This document shows, piece after piece, positions 24,563 to 32,899 of a stretch of 46,609 nucleotides of DNA (position 1 is the stretch's first letter; each line of letters begins with the position of its first letter). Both the position numbers and the translations under genes were made by a program. The notes beneath the pieces were generated by a model. It saw only the letters and a program-made list of their open reading frames with translations. It had not been told where the DNA came from and did no database searches. Source of the stretch: a virus; IMG/VR virus record IMGVR_UViG_3300045988_056617, positions 1 to 46,609 of that record. One strand, given 5' to 3'.

Positions 24563-24586
24563 GTTTATAAAAATTTGATTATTGGG

Positions 24587-24594
24587 CAAATATA
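24587..24594 (-). promoter_or_regulatory. -7 box (TATATTTG) for the tail fibre gene
   Basis: caaatata at 24587-24594, 25 nt upstream of the ATG at 24562. It is fused to the U tract of the preceding terminator. Confidence 0.55.
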
Positions 24595-24623
24595 CAAAAA
24601 TACCCCCTATTAAGAGGGGGTAT
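24595..24623 (-). terminator. Rho-independent terminator
   Basis: ataccccct (24600-24608) pairs with agggggtat (24615-24623), a 9-bp stem. The right arm encodes the last codons of 24610..26784. The tail is UUUUUGUAUAUUUG. Confidence 0.7.
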
Positions 24624-26784
24624 ATGTGAGTGAAACGGTTATTTCTCGAGTGGTCAAGTCCTCAGTCATGGTTAGAGGCTTCCCGTTTCCCACGTCCGTA
24701 GTCATTAGCTTGGTCGGATCGGGCGTTGTGTCGTAGGTGAAAGACAAATCTTGCGTCATGCTCCGCCTCAGCCGTTGTACAGTCACCGTTTTATCTCCTT
24801 CGTGTTCAATGTTAGCGGCTGGCATATCGTACATGTAGTACTTCACAAGGTGCAGGAATGACATGTAGCCGTTTTGAGGCGTGACGCTGTAGTTATTACC
24901 CGACTTATCCGTCAACGGCACCGTAACAAACGGCAGTTCCCATTTGCCGGACTTTTGAACCGCACCAAGCAGCGCAAAACCATCTGAGGAAAAGTCGCCA
25001 GGGGATAGTAGCATGTAGTCAACATCAGACGAAAAGTTAGCTACTCGAATATCCTCTTTCTTCCCTTCCTGCACATAGTTTGATTTAACGTCAATGGGGA
25101 ATCCGGCAAAGGTATTAGTCGTGTCGTCCATCCAAGAAAATTCAAAGCGTGACGGAAGATCGGTTTTATCATACTTAAGCGTGTTAGTCTTAAATGTGAA
25201 TAGTTGTCCGCTCTTTGCATACCTTAGCTTAGTTAAGTCTATGCCGACCGTACCAGTACCAGTATAAGAGCCTCCAGACATGAAGTATGATACATGCTCT
25301 ATCCTCAGTTTATCACCGTCTATAAACCAGTACAATTTCATTGTGTCACGAAGCATTTTAAATATGTCGCTGAGTGTCGTTTCTGCCTTCTTTGCGGGCT
25401 GATCGTATTCACCCTTTAGAATGTTACTCTTTGGAGTGATAAACACTCTGTAAGGCGCGCCAGTCAACGGATTAGATGTACCGTATAAGAAACGTGAATA
25501 TTCCTCTGTGGCTTCGTGGTGCAACGTTGGGTCTACCTGTGTGAGTAGCGTCTTTATTGCGTCACTTATCGAAAAAGAGTGTCTTAACACATACTTCTTT
25601 CTCGCACGTTGTTCAAGGGCGTTATAGGATGGATCATACTCAAACCAAATAGACATATTTCCCCACCTTGACCGACACACCGGATACAGTTTACCCGCTC
25701 CAACAACGGTAGGGAGAAAGTTATCAACAAAGTACTTTCCTTCATCGTTTACGCCATATTCGGTGGGGACTTCCTGCACCTTTGTAGACGTATAGAAATA
25801 GTTTCCCACAAGCGGTGCGGCATACAGGTAATTACTATTTGTCGGGTAAACATCTTCGGGAGATAATCTTCCGGTAGGGCTTCCGTCCAGTTCCGGAAGG
25901 TCAAGCAGCAAACGCTGAAATACCTTTTGAAGCAATACGGTATTCCCTCCGAATGACTGAGGGAATGTAGGCTCTTCTACTACCCTTTCAAACGTAATAT
26001 CAGAGACGTCTATGTAGAAATAGCTCTTATCCTTCCATGTTATCTTTTGCGATCTGTACAGTATTACACCGTCCCTGTTTTCAAGTGACAGATAGCCTAT
26101 ATTAAGACCCTCGCTATAATTCCATTTAATTGAGTAATTCCCGTCCAACTTCGTGTACATACCGTTCTTCCCGTAGTATTTGCCGTTAAACGATTGATAT
26201 GGAACCGCCTTTACTTCAACCTCGTTATATGCAGCAAAGAAAGCAAAGTAGTGTTTGTTAGTCAGCTCGTTACTATCCGTAACCACGTTATACACATCCG
26301 TTTCATACTGAGTCCCTGCAAGGTAGTTAGATATTGTTCCTGCACCTGCAATGTACACCTGCACAAGCGGACGCTTATACACGCCTATCTGAGTCAAGGC
26401 AGGTGCAAGTCTGATTAAGTCATATTTATTCTCAATGTTCTTTATTATTCCGGAATAAGCGTCTTTCGGTGATAACTTAACCTTGCAACTCCGATTGTCG
26501 TTATCTATCTCGCAATCAGTCTTACTGAAATACGCTTCATAGATTACAGTGTATTGCGTCTCCAGCTGTCCTTTGTCCTTTTGTTCGATAGTCATGTAGA
26601 TCACATCTTCAATGCTCTTATTCTTTATTAACAAATAGTCCGCACCGATGAAAGTGAGGCTACCTTCTATTGTCTCTCTGAAAAACTCCTGTTGATTCTC
26701 TTTGCCGAACTTTCTCTTTAGCTCTGTATAAAGGGGGTGGACAATCACACCCCCGATTTTAAACCTCAAATCCTTTACATTCAT
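24610..26784 (-). CDS. Tail structural protein (distal tail / baseplate position)
   Basis: 724 aa. ATGA-coupled to the tape measure stop. Called by position between the tape measure and the fibre. Confidence 0.6.
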   Translation of the reverse strand: MNVKDLRFKIGGVIVHPLYTELKRKFGKENQQEFFRETIEGSLTFIGADYLLIKNKSIEDVIYMTIEQKDKGQLETQYTVIYEAYFSKTDCEIDNDNRSCKVKLSPKDAYSGIIKNIENKYDLIRLAPALTQIGVYKRPLVQVYIAGAGTISNYLAGTQYETDVYNVVTDSNELTNKHYFAFFAAYNEVEVKAVPYQSFNGKYYGKNGMYTKLDGNYSIKWNYSEGLNIGYLSLENRDGVILYRSQKITWKDKSYFYIDVSDITFERVVEEPTFPQSFGGNTVLLQKVFQRLLLDLPELDGSPTGRLSPEDVYPTNSNYLYAAPLVGNYFYTSTKVQEVPTEYGVNDEGKYFVDNFLPTVVGAGKLYPVCRSRWGNMSIWFEYDPSYNALEQRARKKYVLRHSFSISDAIKTLLTQVDPTLHHEATEEYSRFLYGTSNPLTGAPYRVFITPKSNILKGEYDQPAKKAETTLSDIFKMLRDTMKLYWFIDGDKLRIEHVSYFMSGGSYTGTGTVGIDLTKLRYAKSGQLFTFKTNTLKYDKTDLPSRFEFSWMDDTTNTFAGFPIDVKSNYVQEGKKEDIRVANFSSDVDYMLLSPGDFSSDGFALLGAVQKSGKWELPFVTVPLTDKSGNNYSVTPQNGYMSFLHLVKYYMYDMPAANIEHEGDKTVTVQRLRRSMTQDLSFTYDTTPDPTKLMTTDVGNGKPLTMTEDLTTREITVSLTYTPS

Positions 26785-29700
26785 TTCGTCTTTATTATAC
26801 GTTTAACATTTCCTTTCACCTCAATTATCGTACCGTCCGCTCCAGTTATAAACTTGTGTCCGGCACTCTCCTTGATTGACTTCAAATCACGTTCTACATT
26901 AGACAAATCTACGTTGCCTCCCTGCATGATATTCGTGACTTCATCAGCACCGGAATAGGCGTTTAGGTATTTCTGTTCAAAAGTACCTTTATTCAGTGAA
27001 TTAATCAAGTCCGGAACTAATCGCCTATAACGTTGTGAGGAACGCTTGTTAATTACTGCAAAATACTCACCCTTTTCTACCCGTCTGCGCTTGCCGTCCT
27101 TCGTTGTGCCTAAATCAACGTCATTGCCCGAAGCGTGTGAGCCTCCGTAGTCAATCATTTCGACCGTACCGTTACCGTATTCCTCCGTTTGGTCTGAGGC
27201 TTTAGATAACTGAGAGGCTTTGATCTTAGCAAAAGCAAAAGAACCCCACATAATAGCGATTGCGGGGATAGCGGCTAAACCTAAGTCCTTCCACAAGTTA
27301 GCCGTTGCGGTCACCAAAGAGCTTGCCTGCATAAGCGTATCTATGCGTTCCTGTTGCTTCTGTGCCTTCTTTTTATCCCTCAGAGCCTTTTCTTGCTGTT
27401 TGCGTGCAAAGTCCAGTTCCTTCTGTGCCGTAGCTACGTTGTTGGCGTATCCGTTTGCCCTCGCTTGTATCTCAGCGTCCAAAACCTTCTGTCGGGCTGA
27501 CACTTCCTTTTCTGCTGCTTGCACCGCTTTTTCTGCTGCCTCTACCCTCGCTTGTGCTACGCTCTTAAGATTCTCTATTGCGTACTCCGAAGCGTCTGCA
27601 ATCGACTGCTTAAACTCCTCTGCACGCTCTTTGCCTGACTTCCCGTCCTTGTCACGGAACGCACCGCCAAACATTTGGTCAAACAGGTTACCAAATACAC
27701 CCTGTTCCGAGTCCCAACCGGAAGACTTTTGCTTGATAGTGTTATCTATCCCCTTGATAGTGTCCTCAACCGTCTTAATCTCGTAGCCTGTAATCTTAGA
27801 CCCGTACAATCGTGTTAGCTCTAATATCTGTTCCCATTTTTGACGCTCAGCCTTTAACCGGTAGACTTCCTGCTCTTTAGCTGATCTCTGCACAATGTTA
27901 AATTCGGCTTCGCTCGCTCGTTGTTCTTGCTGCAAGCGGAACACAGACCGGGATATTATACGATTATTCTGATCCTTCGTGAAATCATCTCTCAGCTTTG
28001 CAGAAGCAAGTTGATACGCACGCTGTAATATCAATAGACGTTCATTCTTTACCGCTTCTGTGTCAGTCGATTGTCTAATGTGTAGTTCATCTTGTTTCCG
28101 TTCGTTTTCAAGCAAGTAAGTTTGCAATAACAGTTCTTCCCCAGTTCCGGCACGAACAGCCCTCAGACGTTCGTTCATAAAGTCATGCGATTTCTGTAAG
28201 TCCTCCAACTCCCACTTTTCACGCAACCTTTCCAAGTCCCTACGTAGTTTTGCCTCTATGTTATAAACGGTATCTGCATACAGCTGTGTGGCTCTTTGCT
28301 TTTCCGTTGTATCCTTCTCCAACTTAGCAAGTTCCGCCATCGCTGCCTCTCTTATCTCCGCTTCTTCTTGCTTTCGGGCGTCTGTAATCAGAGCTATTCT
28401 GCTTTCCTCGTAGGCTTTTAGTAGATCGAACTCCTTTTTCTTGCTGTCCTTAGTAGTATCCTTTCCGGTCACCGAATCAACATTAACAAACTTAGTGAGA
28501 TTTCCCATTGACTTAGTTAAAATATCCTGTTTTTTAGCAAGAGTTTCCGCTTCTTCCCCATACGATTTAATGTTTGATTTAAGCTTATTAACATTAGATA
28601 CTATTCCGATTGAACGCGCTTCGAATGCTTCATATCCTAAATCAAGCGTTTTTTGTGCGTCAACCTCCGCTTTGTCAAGCTCTTGTTGTGCTTGTACTTG
28701 TTTCGTCAACAAACCGATCCTCTTTTGATCTGTATCTATAAACTCCTTTTGCAACTCTGTAATCTTATCCAGTGCGGCACGTGCTTTTGCATTCTCTGTA
28801 ATAGCCTTAGTTGCCTCTTTGTATGCTTTAGACGCTTTCCCTAACTTTATTTCTTCATCGCTGAGGTTCTTGAAATATTCGGGGTACTCTCTTTTCAATG
28901 CCTTAACCGCTTTCGTTCTTTCGTTTGTAGATTTAGCGTTGTTTGTAGCTGTTTTGTACAGCAAGTTGAGTTTTAAAATCTCTTTCGCTGTCTCTAAGCG
29001 TGCATTTTGCATAGCGTCTGCCATGTGTTTAAGGCTGCTTGTCAGGTTCTCTACCCGCTTCTTTCCGGTGAATAGGCTGCCTATCCAGTTGGTTATATCC
29101 TTACCCCACAGAGAAAAGGCAGTAAGCACAAGCACCATAACTGTATTAAATGAAAACATCGACTTAATAAGTTTCCCGGTTATACTTACTTGCGCCTCAC
29201 CTGCTTTTGCAGCCGCTTCATTTGCAGCCCTCAGCTTTTGTATCTCGTCTATTACCATCGGGATATTATTAGAGATAGCAAGGAAGAAGGTGTTAGCACT
29301 GATCGCCAATGAAGGCAACTCACGTGCAACCTGTGATACTGAGAAACCTAAACCGTCAAACGCTTGCTTGTAATTACCCACGCTGAGAGTGTGTTTTCCG
29401 GTGCTCTTTTGGTACTTATCCATCGCTGCGTATATCTCAGCTGTTTGTTTAACAAGTCTCTTACCGGCTTCTGTATTCTCTAAATACGACTGCGAAAGAT
29501 TATTCATCTTAATCTTATTTAGCTCGTATTGTGCCGACAGGGCATTGTAGCTTCCCGCCATTGAGTTATTAAGTTTAGCAACCAACTTGTTGAGGCGTGT
29601 CTGGTCTGTCTGCTGCTGCTTTAATACGGCTATCTCCTTAGAGGTGTCCGTCATAGCCAACTTTAAATCTTCTTCCGCCTTTGCAAGTGACCTTACTTGT

Positions 29701-29912
29701 TTTTCATAAGCGTCAATCTTTTTGCGTCCTTCCTCAGTCGCTCCGCCTCCCTCACTGAGTGGCTTTTGCAGACCTTTCGCACCTTCTTCGATACGCTTTA
29801 ACATTGTTTCATATAGCTTTTGCAGTTGCTCTAACTGCTTAACCGCTTCCGATATGCTGTTATCCGGCTGTATCAGATCGCTATATTTTATTCCTTTAAC
29901 ATCGTTTGCCAT
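26781..29912 (-). CDS. Tail tape measure protein
   Basis: 1043 aa, long Ala/Lys/Glu/Gln-rich coiled coils. Hydrophobic segments: FFLAISNNIPMVI, FSFNTVMVLVLTAFSLWG, LGLAAIPAIAIMWGSFAFA. Confidence 0.85.
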   Translation of the reverse strand: MANDVKGIKYSDLIQPDNSISEAVKQLEQLQKLYETMLKRIEEGAKGLQKPLSEGGGATEEGRKKIDAYEKQVRSLAKAEEDLKLAMTDTSKEIAVLKQQQTDQTRLNKLVAKLNNSMAGSYNALSAQYELNKIKMNNLSQSYLENTEAGKRLVKQTAEIYAAMDKYQKSTGKHTLSVGNYKQAFDGLGFSVSQVARELPSLAISANTFFLAISNNIPMVIDEIQKLRAANEAAAKAGEAQVSITGKLIKSMFSFNTVMVLVLTAFSLWGKDITNWIGSLFTGKKRVENLTSSLKHMADAMQNARLETAKEILKLNLLYKTATNNAKSTNERTKAVKALKREYPEYFKNLSDEEIKLGKASKAYKEATKAITENAKARAALDKITELQKEFIDTDQKRIGLLTKQVQAQQELDKAEVDAQKTLDLGYEAFEARSIGIVSNVNKLKSNIKSYGEEAETLAKKQDILTKSMGNLTKFVNVDSVTGKDTTKDSKKKEFDLLKAYEESRIALITDARKQEEAEIREAAMAELAKLEKDTTEKQRATQLYADTVYNIEAKLRRDLERLREKWELEDLQKSHDFMNERLRAVRAGTGEELLLQTYLLENERKQDELHIRQSTDTEAVKNERLLILQRAYQLASAKLRDDFTKDQNNRIISRSVFRLQQEQRASEAEFNIVQRSAKEQEVYRLKAERQKWEQILELTRLYGSKITGYEIKTVEDTIKGIDNTIKQKSSGWDSEQGVFGNLFDQMFGGAFRDKDGKSGKERAEEFKQSIADASEYAIENLKSVAQARVEAAEKAVQAAEKEVSARQKVLDAEIQARANGYANNVATAQKELDFARKQQEKALRDKKKAQKQQERIDTLMQASSLVTATANLWKDLGLAAIPAIAIMWGSFAFAKIKASQLSKASDQTEEYGNGTVEMIDYGGSHASGNDVDLGTTKDGKRRRVEKGEYFAVINKRSSQRYRRLVPDLINSLNKGTFEQKYLNAYSGADEVTNIMQGGNVDLSNVERDLKSIKESAGHKFITGADGTIIEVKGNVKRIIKTK

Positions 29913-29917
29913 ATAAT

Positions 29918-30658
29918 TTACTTTTTAGCTTTTTTACTTTGTCTTTTAATCATCTCGAATGCTGAATAGAAATCAAATACTGTCATGTCCTTTGCATTGA
30001 TGTGCATCTCCTTTGTGATAAGCAGGCACATTTCCGCAAACTCCTTATCTGACTGTATCTCAACAGATTTCTCACCTTGAAAGCAGCGAGGCGGATAAAA
30101 CACGGTCAACTGATCGGTCAACGACTGTATTTCCTCGCCTCTATCCGTCCCGTTCGCTGTTTGATCTAACATTGCGGTTAGTAGCTGCAATTTCAGATCG
30201 TAGTACTCTTTGATCTGAGGGCTGTCACCCATTGAAGGGAAGTACATCGACATCTCACCCTCTATTTTTTTTTTAACCGCCTCGTTTGCCTCTGACAGCT
30301 CCGAAACGGTTACATCTGATAGAATGGTGTGTATTTCCTGCAATTGCTCGTCCGTTATGTGTACCGGATACTCTTTACCGTCCAATGACTTAACGAACGA
30401 ACCAAAGGCAATCATGCCCGGGTGAATACCGTTCGTTGCCATGTGAAACGACTGCCTGAGGTTTAGCAGTTCGGTGTACGTGTGTTCCGGATTCGATCTG
30501 CAATACAGAATTGCCCTTTGCAGGTGGGTGTCCAGTTCCTCAATCGTAGAGCCTACACCAGAATCAACTAACATCAACCGATTGAACTTTTGATACCTCG
30601 CAATAGGCAGCGAGTCTATCCCTTCATACAACTCAACTTCATGCCGTCCTACTTTCAT
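29918..30658 (-). CDS. Hypothetical helical protein, possibly a tail assembly chaperone (position only)
   Basis: 246 aa, immediately upstream of the tape measure gene. Contains an A10 run at 30265-30274. Confidence 0.35.
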   Translation of the reverse strand: MKVGRHEVELYEGIDSLPIARYQKFNRLMLVDSGVGSTIEELDTHLQRAILYCRSNPEHTYTELLNLRQSFHMATNGIHPGMIAFGSFVKSLDGKEYPVHITDEQLQEIHTILSDVTVSELSEANEAVKKKIEGEMSMYFPSMGDSPQIKEYYDLKLQLLTAMLDQTANGTDRGEEIQSLTDQLTVFYPPRCFQGEKSVEIQSDKEFAEMCLLITKEMHINAKDMTVFDFYSAFEMIKRQSKKAKK

Positions 30659-30933
30659 TCCTCACCTCCTTTCTCAAATAGAATAGACACAGCCTCAGCA
30701 TCAAGGCAATAGATGTGCCCTTTTGCCTCCTTAATCAGATAATCACCCTTATAGCACTGTATAAGCCTTCCGTTAACTTCATACGTTCCCATATTTTCAG
30801 ACTCCGAAAGAATAGCGACTGCATCGGCAAAACTTTGCAAAAACTCTACACCATTATACTTGATAATATCAACCGTTTCAAACGGTGGTAATACGCTATT
30901 ATACTTCATACTTATTAAATTAAGATTCGACAA
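30655..30933 (-). CDS. Hypothetical protein
   Basis: ORF track, 92 aa, ATGA-coupled to the downstream gene. Confidence 0.5.
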   Translation of the reverse strand: MSNLNLISMKYNSVLPPFETVDIIKYNGVEFLQSFADAVAILSESENMGTYEVNGRLIQCYKGDYLIKEAKGHIYCLDAEAVSILFEKGGEE

Positions 30934-31217
30934 ACAGGCGCAGCAAATAACGGTGTAACAAGGAACAACGGATCACTGAAAGAGATGGCGAATACCACCG
31001 ACACCACAAACGACACCCAAAACGACAGGCAAAAATTGCACCCTGCCAACTGATACATGAAGCTACGACTATATGCAGGGAATATCTTTTTAAGCCACAG
31101 ATCACCGAATACCTGCAATCTTTCGATTACTCCCCACTTTCGCAATAAACCAACGACAAAAGCCGCCATAAACGCCACAAGAAGCGCACAATTTAATAGT
31201 AAATTTACCTTTTCCAT
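30915..31217 (-). CDS. Small integral membrane protein (100 aa; start trimmed to 31217)
   Basis: MEKVNLLLNCALLVAFMAAFVVGLL...GCNFCLSFWVSFVVSVVFAI... has three hydrophobic helices. The track start at 31268 lies upstream of the -7 box at 31240-31247. Confidence 0.55.
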   Translation of the reverse strand: MEKVNLLLNCALLVAFMAAFVVGLLRKWGVIERLQVFGDLWLKKIFPAYSRSFMYQLAGCNFCLSFWVSFVVSVVFAISFSDPLFLVTPLFAAPVCRILI

Positions 31218-31239
31218 ATTATAACACATTAGTTTTGTA

Positions 31240-31269
31240 CAAATGTATGAATAAATAGCGAAAAACAAA
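31240..31269 (-). promoter_or_regulatory. Promoter of the tail operon
   Basis: caaatgta at 31240-31247 is TACATTTG (-7). caaa at 31266-31269 (-33, 18-nt spacer). Confidence 0.55.
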
Positions 31270-31322
31270 ACACATTGATAATTAAAAGGTTAGTCTGAAT
31301 CGCTCCAAGGCGGGATAAAAAG

Positions 31323-31330
31323 CAAATGTA
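31323..31330 (-). promoter_or_regulatory. Second -7 box (TACATTTG) just downstream of the island terminator
   Basis: caaatgta at 31323-31330. Confidence 0.35.
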
Positions 31331-31335
31331 TATAA

Positions 31336-31361
31336 ACAAGAAAAGGAGGCGTTAACCTCCT
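31336..31361 (-). terminator. Rho-independent terminator closing the accessory island
   Basis: aggagg (31344-31349) pairs with cctcct (31356-31361). The tail is UUUUCUUGUUUAU. Confidence 0.6.
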
Positions 31362-31370
31362 AATCTGTGC

Positions 31371-31691
31371 TTAATCATTAATAGCCATCTTGCTTTGGGT
31401 GTACATCGTAATTATGTCCTTATGCACCATAAAAAACCTGTCTCCATTGAAATCTGATTCTATATAAATAAACTCGCAATTGGTTTTCGTCATAATTCTA
31501 TCACTTAAATGTGGATCATACTCAACCGTTAGATACCCTTTCTGAATAGCCCATTGCCTAAAATCGTAATAATCATCAAGTAAAAACCGTTTTGCGTTCA
31601 CGTAATCACTTGTCGGATCATCAAGACTTTTTATAATATCCGAAATTTCATTCTGAATATCTCTCAAACGTTTTATATTTAAAATATTCAT
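31371..31691 (-). CDS. Hypothetical protein
   Basis: ORF track, 106 aa. Confidence 0.55.
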   Translation of the reverse strand: MNILNIKRLRDIQNEISDIIKSLDDPTSDYVNAKRFLLDDYYDFRQWAIQKGYLTVEYDPHLSDRIMTKTNCEFIYIESDFNGDRFFMVHKDIITMYTQSKMAIND

Positions 31692-31693
31692 GA

Positions 31694-32053
31694 TTAGCTA
31701 TTTTCTGTATAGTTCCTATACAAAGCAATCAATGCAGGGTGACACAAACACCCCTTACCCGGCACAAATTCCATCCAATCGTGGATAGACACCCTTTCAC
31801 ACTGAACATAAGAACGGTTGCCATTAACATTAATGTTTTGCATTTCAGTTCTGATGAAACCACAACTTTCCATATACTCCAAAAATGCACTCGTTTCTCC
31901 TCCCAGTAAGTCGTACACATCAACAAAGTCACAAGACATCAACATAGACACCATTTCCTTGCCATCTGCGGGACTTTCTTTCTCCACACGCATAATTGTG
32001 CCATTGATTTGAGAACGTAGCTCTGATAGCATTAAAATAACTTCTTCTTTCAT
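31694..32053 (-). CDS. Hypothetical protein
   Basis: ORF track, 119 aa. Confidence 0.55.
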   Translation of the reverse strand: MKEEVILMLSELRSQINGTIMRVEKESPADGKEMVSMLMSCDFVDVYDLLGGETSAFLEYMESCGFIRTEMQNINVNGNRSYVQCERVSIHDWMEFVPGKGCLCHPALIALYRNYTENS

Positions 32054-32101
32054 AAGTCAACACTTTTATATTAAACTTTAATTTTTCAACTTTCGCTTTA
32101 A

Positions 32102-32142
32102 TAGTTACTAAAAGTAAGTACTATAGTTACCAAAAGTAACTA
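32102..32142 (-). promoter_or_regulatory. Twin dyad-symmetric sites overlapping -7-like boxes
   Basis: tagttac-taaaa-gtaagta (32102-32120) and tagttac-caaaa-gtaacta (32124-32142), 22 nt centre to centre. caaaagta at 32131-32138 is TACTTTTG. Confidence 0.35.
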
Positions 32143-32147
32143 TTGGT

Positions 32148-32405
32148 TTAAGTAAATTCCTCGAACTCGTTCTTTACTGGAAGCTCTACGTATATTACAT
32201 CGTCCTTTCTTTCCAATACAGAACATTTAACTTGATCACAGTCAAACGGTATTTTTATTTTGTCAAAAAAGCACCCGGCACATACATTATTGCATTTCTG
32301 TTTGACGCACTGCAATAAATGGCACTTGCCGTCGTTATCTATCAACTCCATCGTTTCGCCTACCTCCAAATTTATTGGCAGGCATGATAAATCTAATCCT
32401 TTCAT
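32148..32405 (-). CDS. Small Cys-rich protein, tandem paralogue 3 of 3
   Basis: ...EVGETMELIDNDGKCHLLQCVKQKCNNVCAGCFFDKIKIPFDCDQVKCSV... ATGA overlap with paralogue 2. Confidence 0.55.
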   Translation of the reverse strand: MKGLDLSCLPINLEVGETMELIDNDGKCHLLQCVKQKCNNVCAGCFFDKIKIPFDCDQVKCSVLERKDDVIYVELPVKNEFEEFT

Positions 32406-32620
32406 AACTTTACTTGTTTATAGGTTTGACACTTTCCCGTGCCCATATCGACACATCGCATAATCTGGCATATCTTTTTAAACTCCTTTTGCCGGAATAG
32501 GCATTCCCTGCATGATATTACATTGTTACCTTCCATTGCTTGCACTCTGATCGTTTCCCCTGTCACTGGGTGATCTATTATGAATGTGTCATATAGTTCT
32601 ACGCTTTTAAATTTTCCCAT
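32402..32620 (-). CDS. Small Cys-rich protein, tandem paralogue 2 of 3 (72 aa; start trimmed to 32620)
   Basis: MGKFKSVELYDTFIIDHPVTGETIRVQAMEGNNVISCRECLFRQKEFKKICQIMRCVDMGTGKC... The ATG overlaps the stop of paralogue 1. The longer track ORF would overlap paralogue 1 out of frame by about 190 nt. Confidence 0.5.
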   Translation of the reverse strand: MGKFKSVELYDTFIIDHPVTGETIRVQAMEGNNVISCRECLFRQKEFKKICQIMRCVDMGTGKCQTYKQVKL

Positions 32621-32855
32621 CGCTATCTTCCCTTTCTTTTCTTGATACACATTTAAGTATAATGTCATTTTCATCTCTTCTAAAACGCCCGGAACATCGT
32701 ATATATTCACACTTTTGTAAGCTATCAAATAAACACCCCTCACATGAAGAGTCTTTGATTTTCTCTGCAATACACGAGTAAGTATATTCATTTGTTTCAA
32801 CGGTTACCTCTTCCCCTATTTCAGGTTCAATTTCCAACATTCTCACTACTTTCAT
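32607..32855 (-). CDS. Small Cys-rich protein, tandem paralogue 1 of 3
   Basis: ...EIGEEVTVETNEYTYSCIAEKIKDSSCEGCLFDSLQKCEYIRCSG... Confidence 0.55.
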   Translation of the reverse strand: MKVVRMLEIEPEIGEEVTVETNEYTYSCIAEKIKDSSCEGCLFDSLQKCEYIRCSGRFRRDENDIILKCVSRKEREDSDGKI

Positions 32856-32899
32856 AATGTTTTATTTTTAAGTCCGGCTATTACACCGGACTGTTTATA

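Noticed and set aside
30265-30274. A10 run as the classical tail-chaperone G/GT programmed frameshift site.
   Set aside because: Both shifted frames terminate within four codons, so no extended GT-like fusion can be produced. It is kept only as a low-interest slippage or phase-variation note.
32621-32800. The long version of ORF 32402..32800 (132 aa).
   Set aside because: Its first 60 codons overlap paralogue 1 (32607..32855) out of frame. The ATG at 32620 yields a 72-aa protein matching the architecture of its two neighbours.
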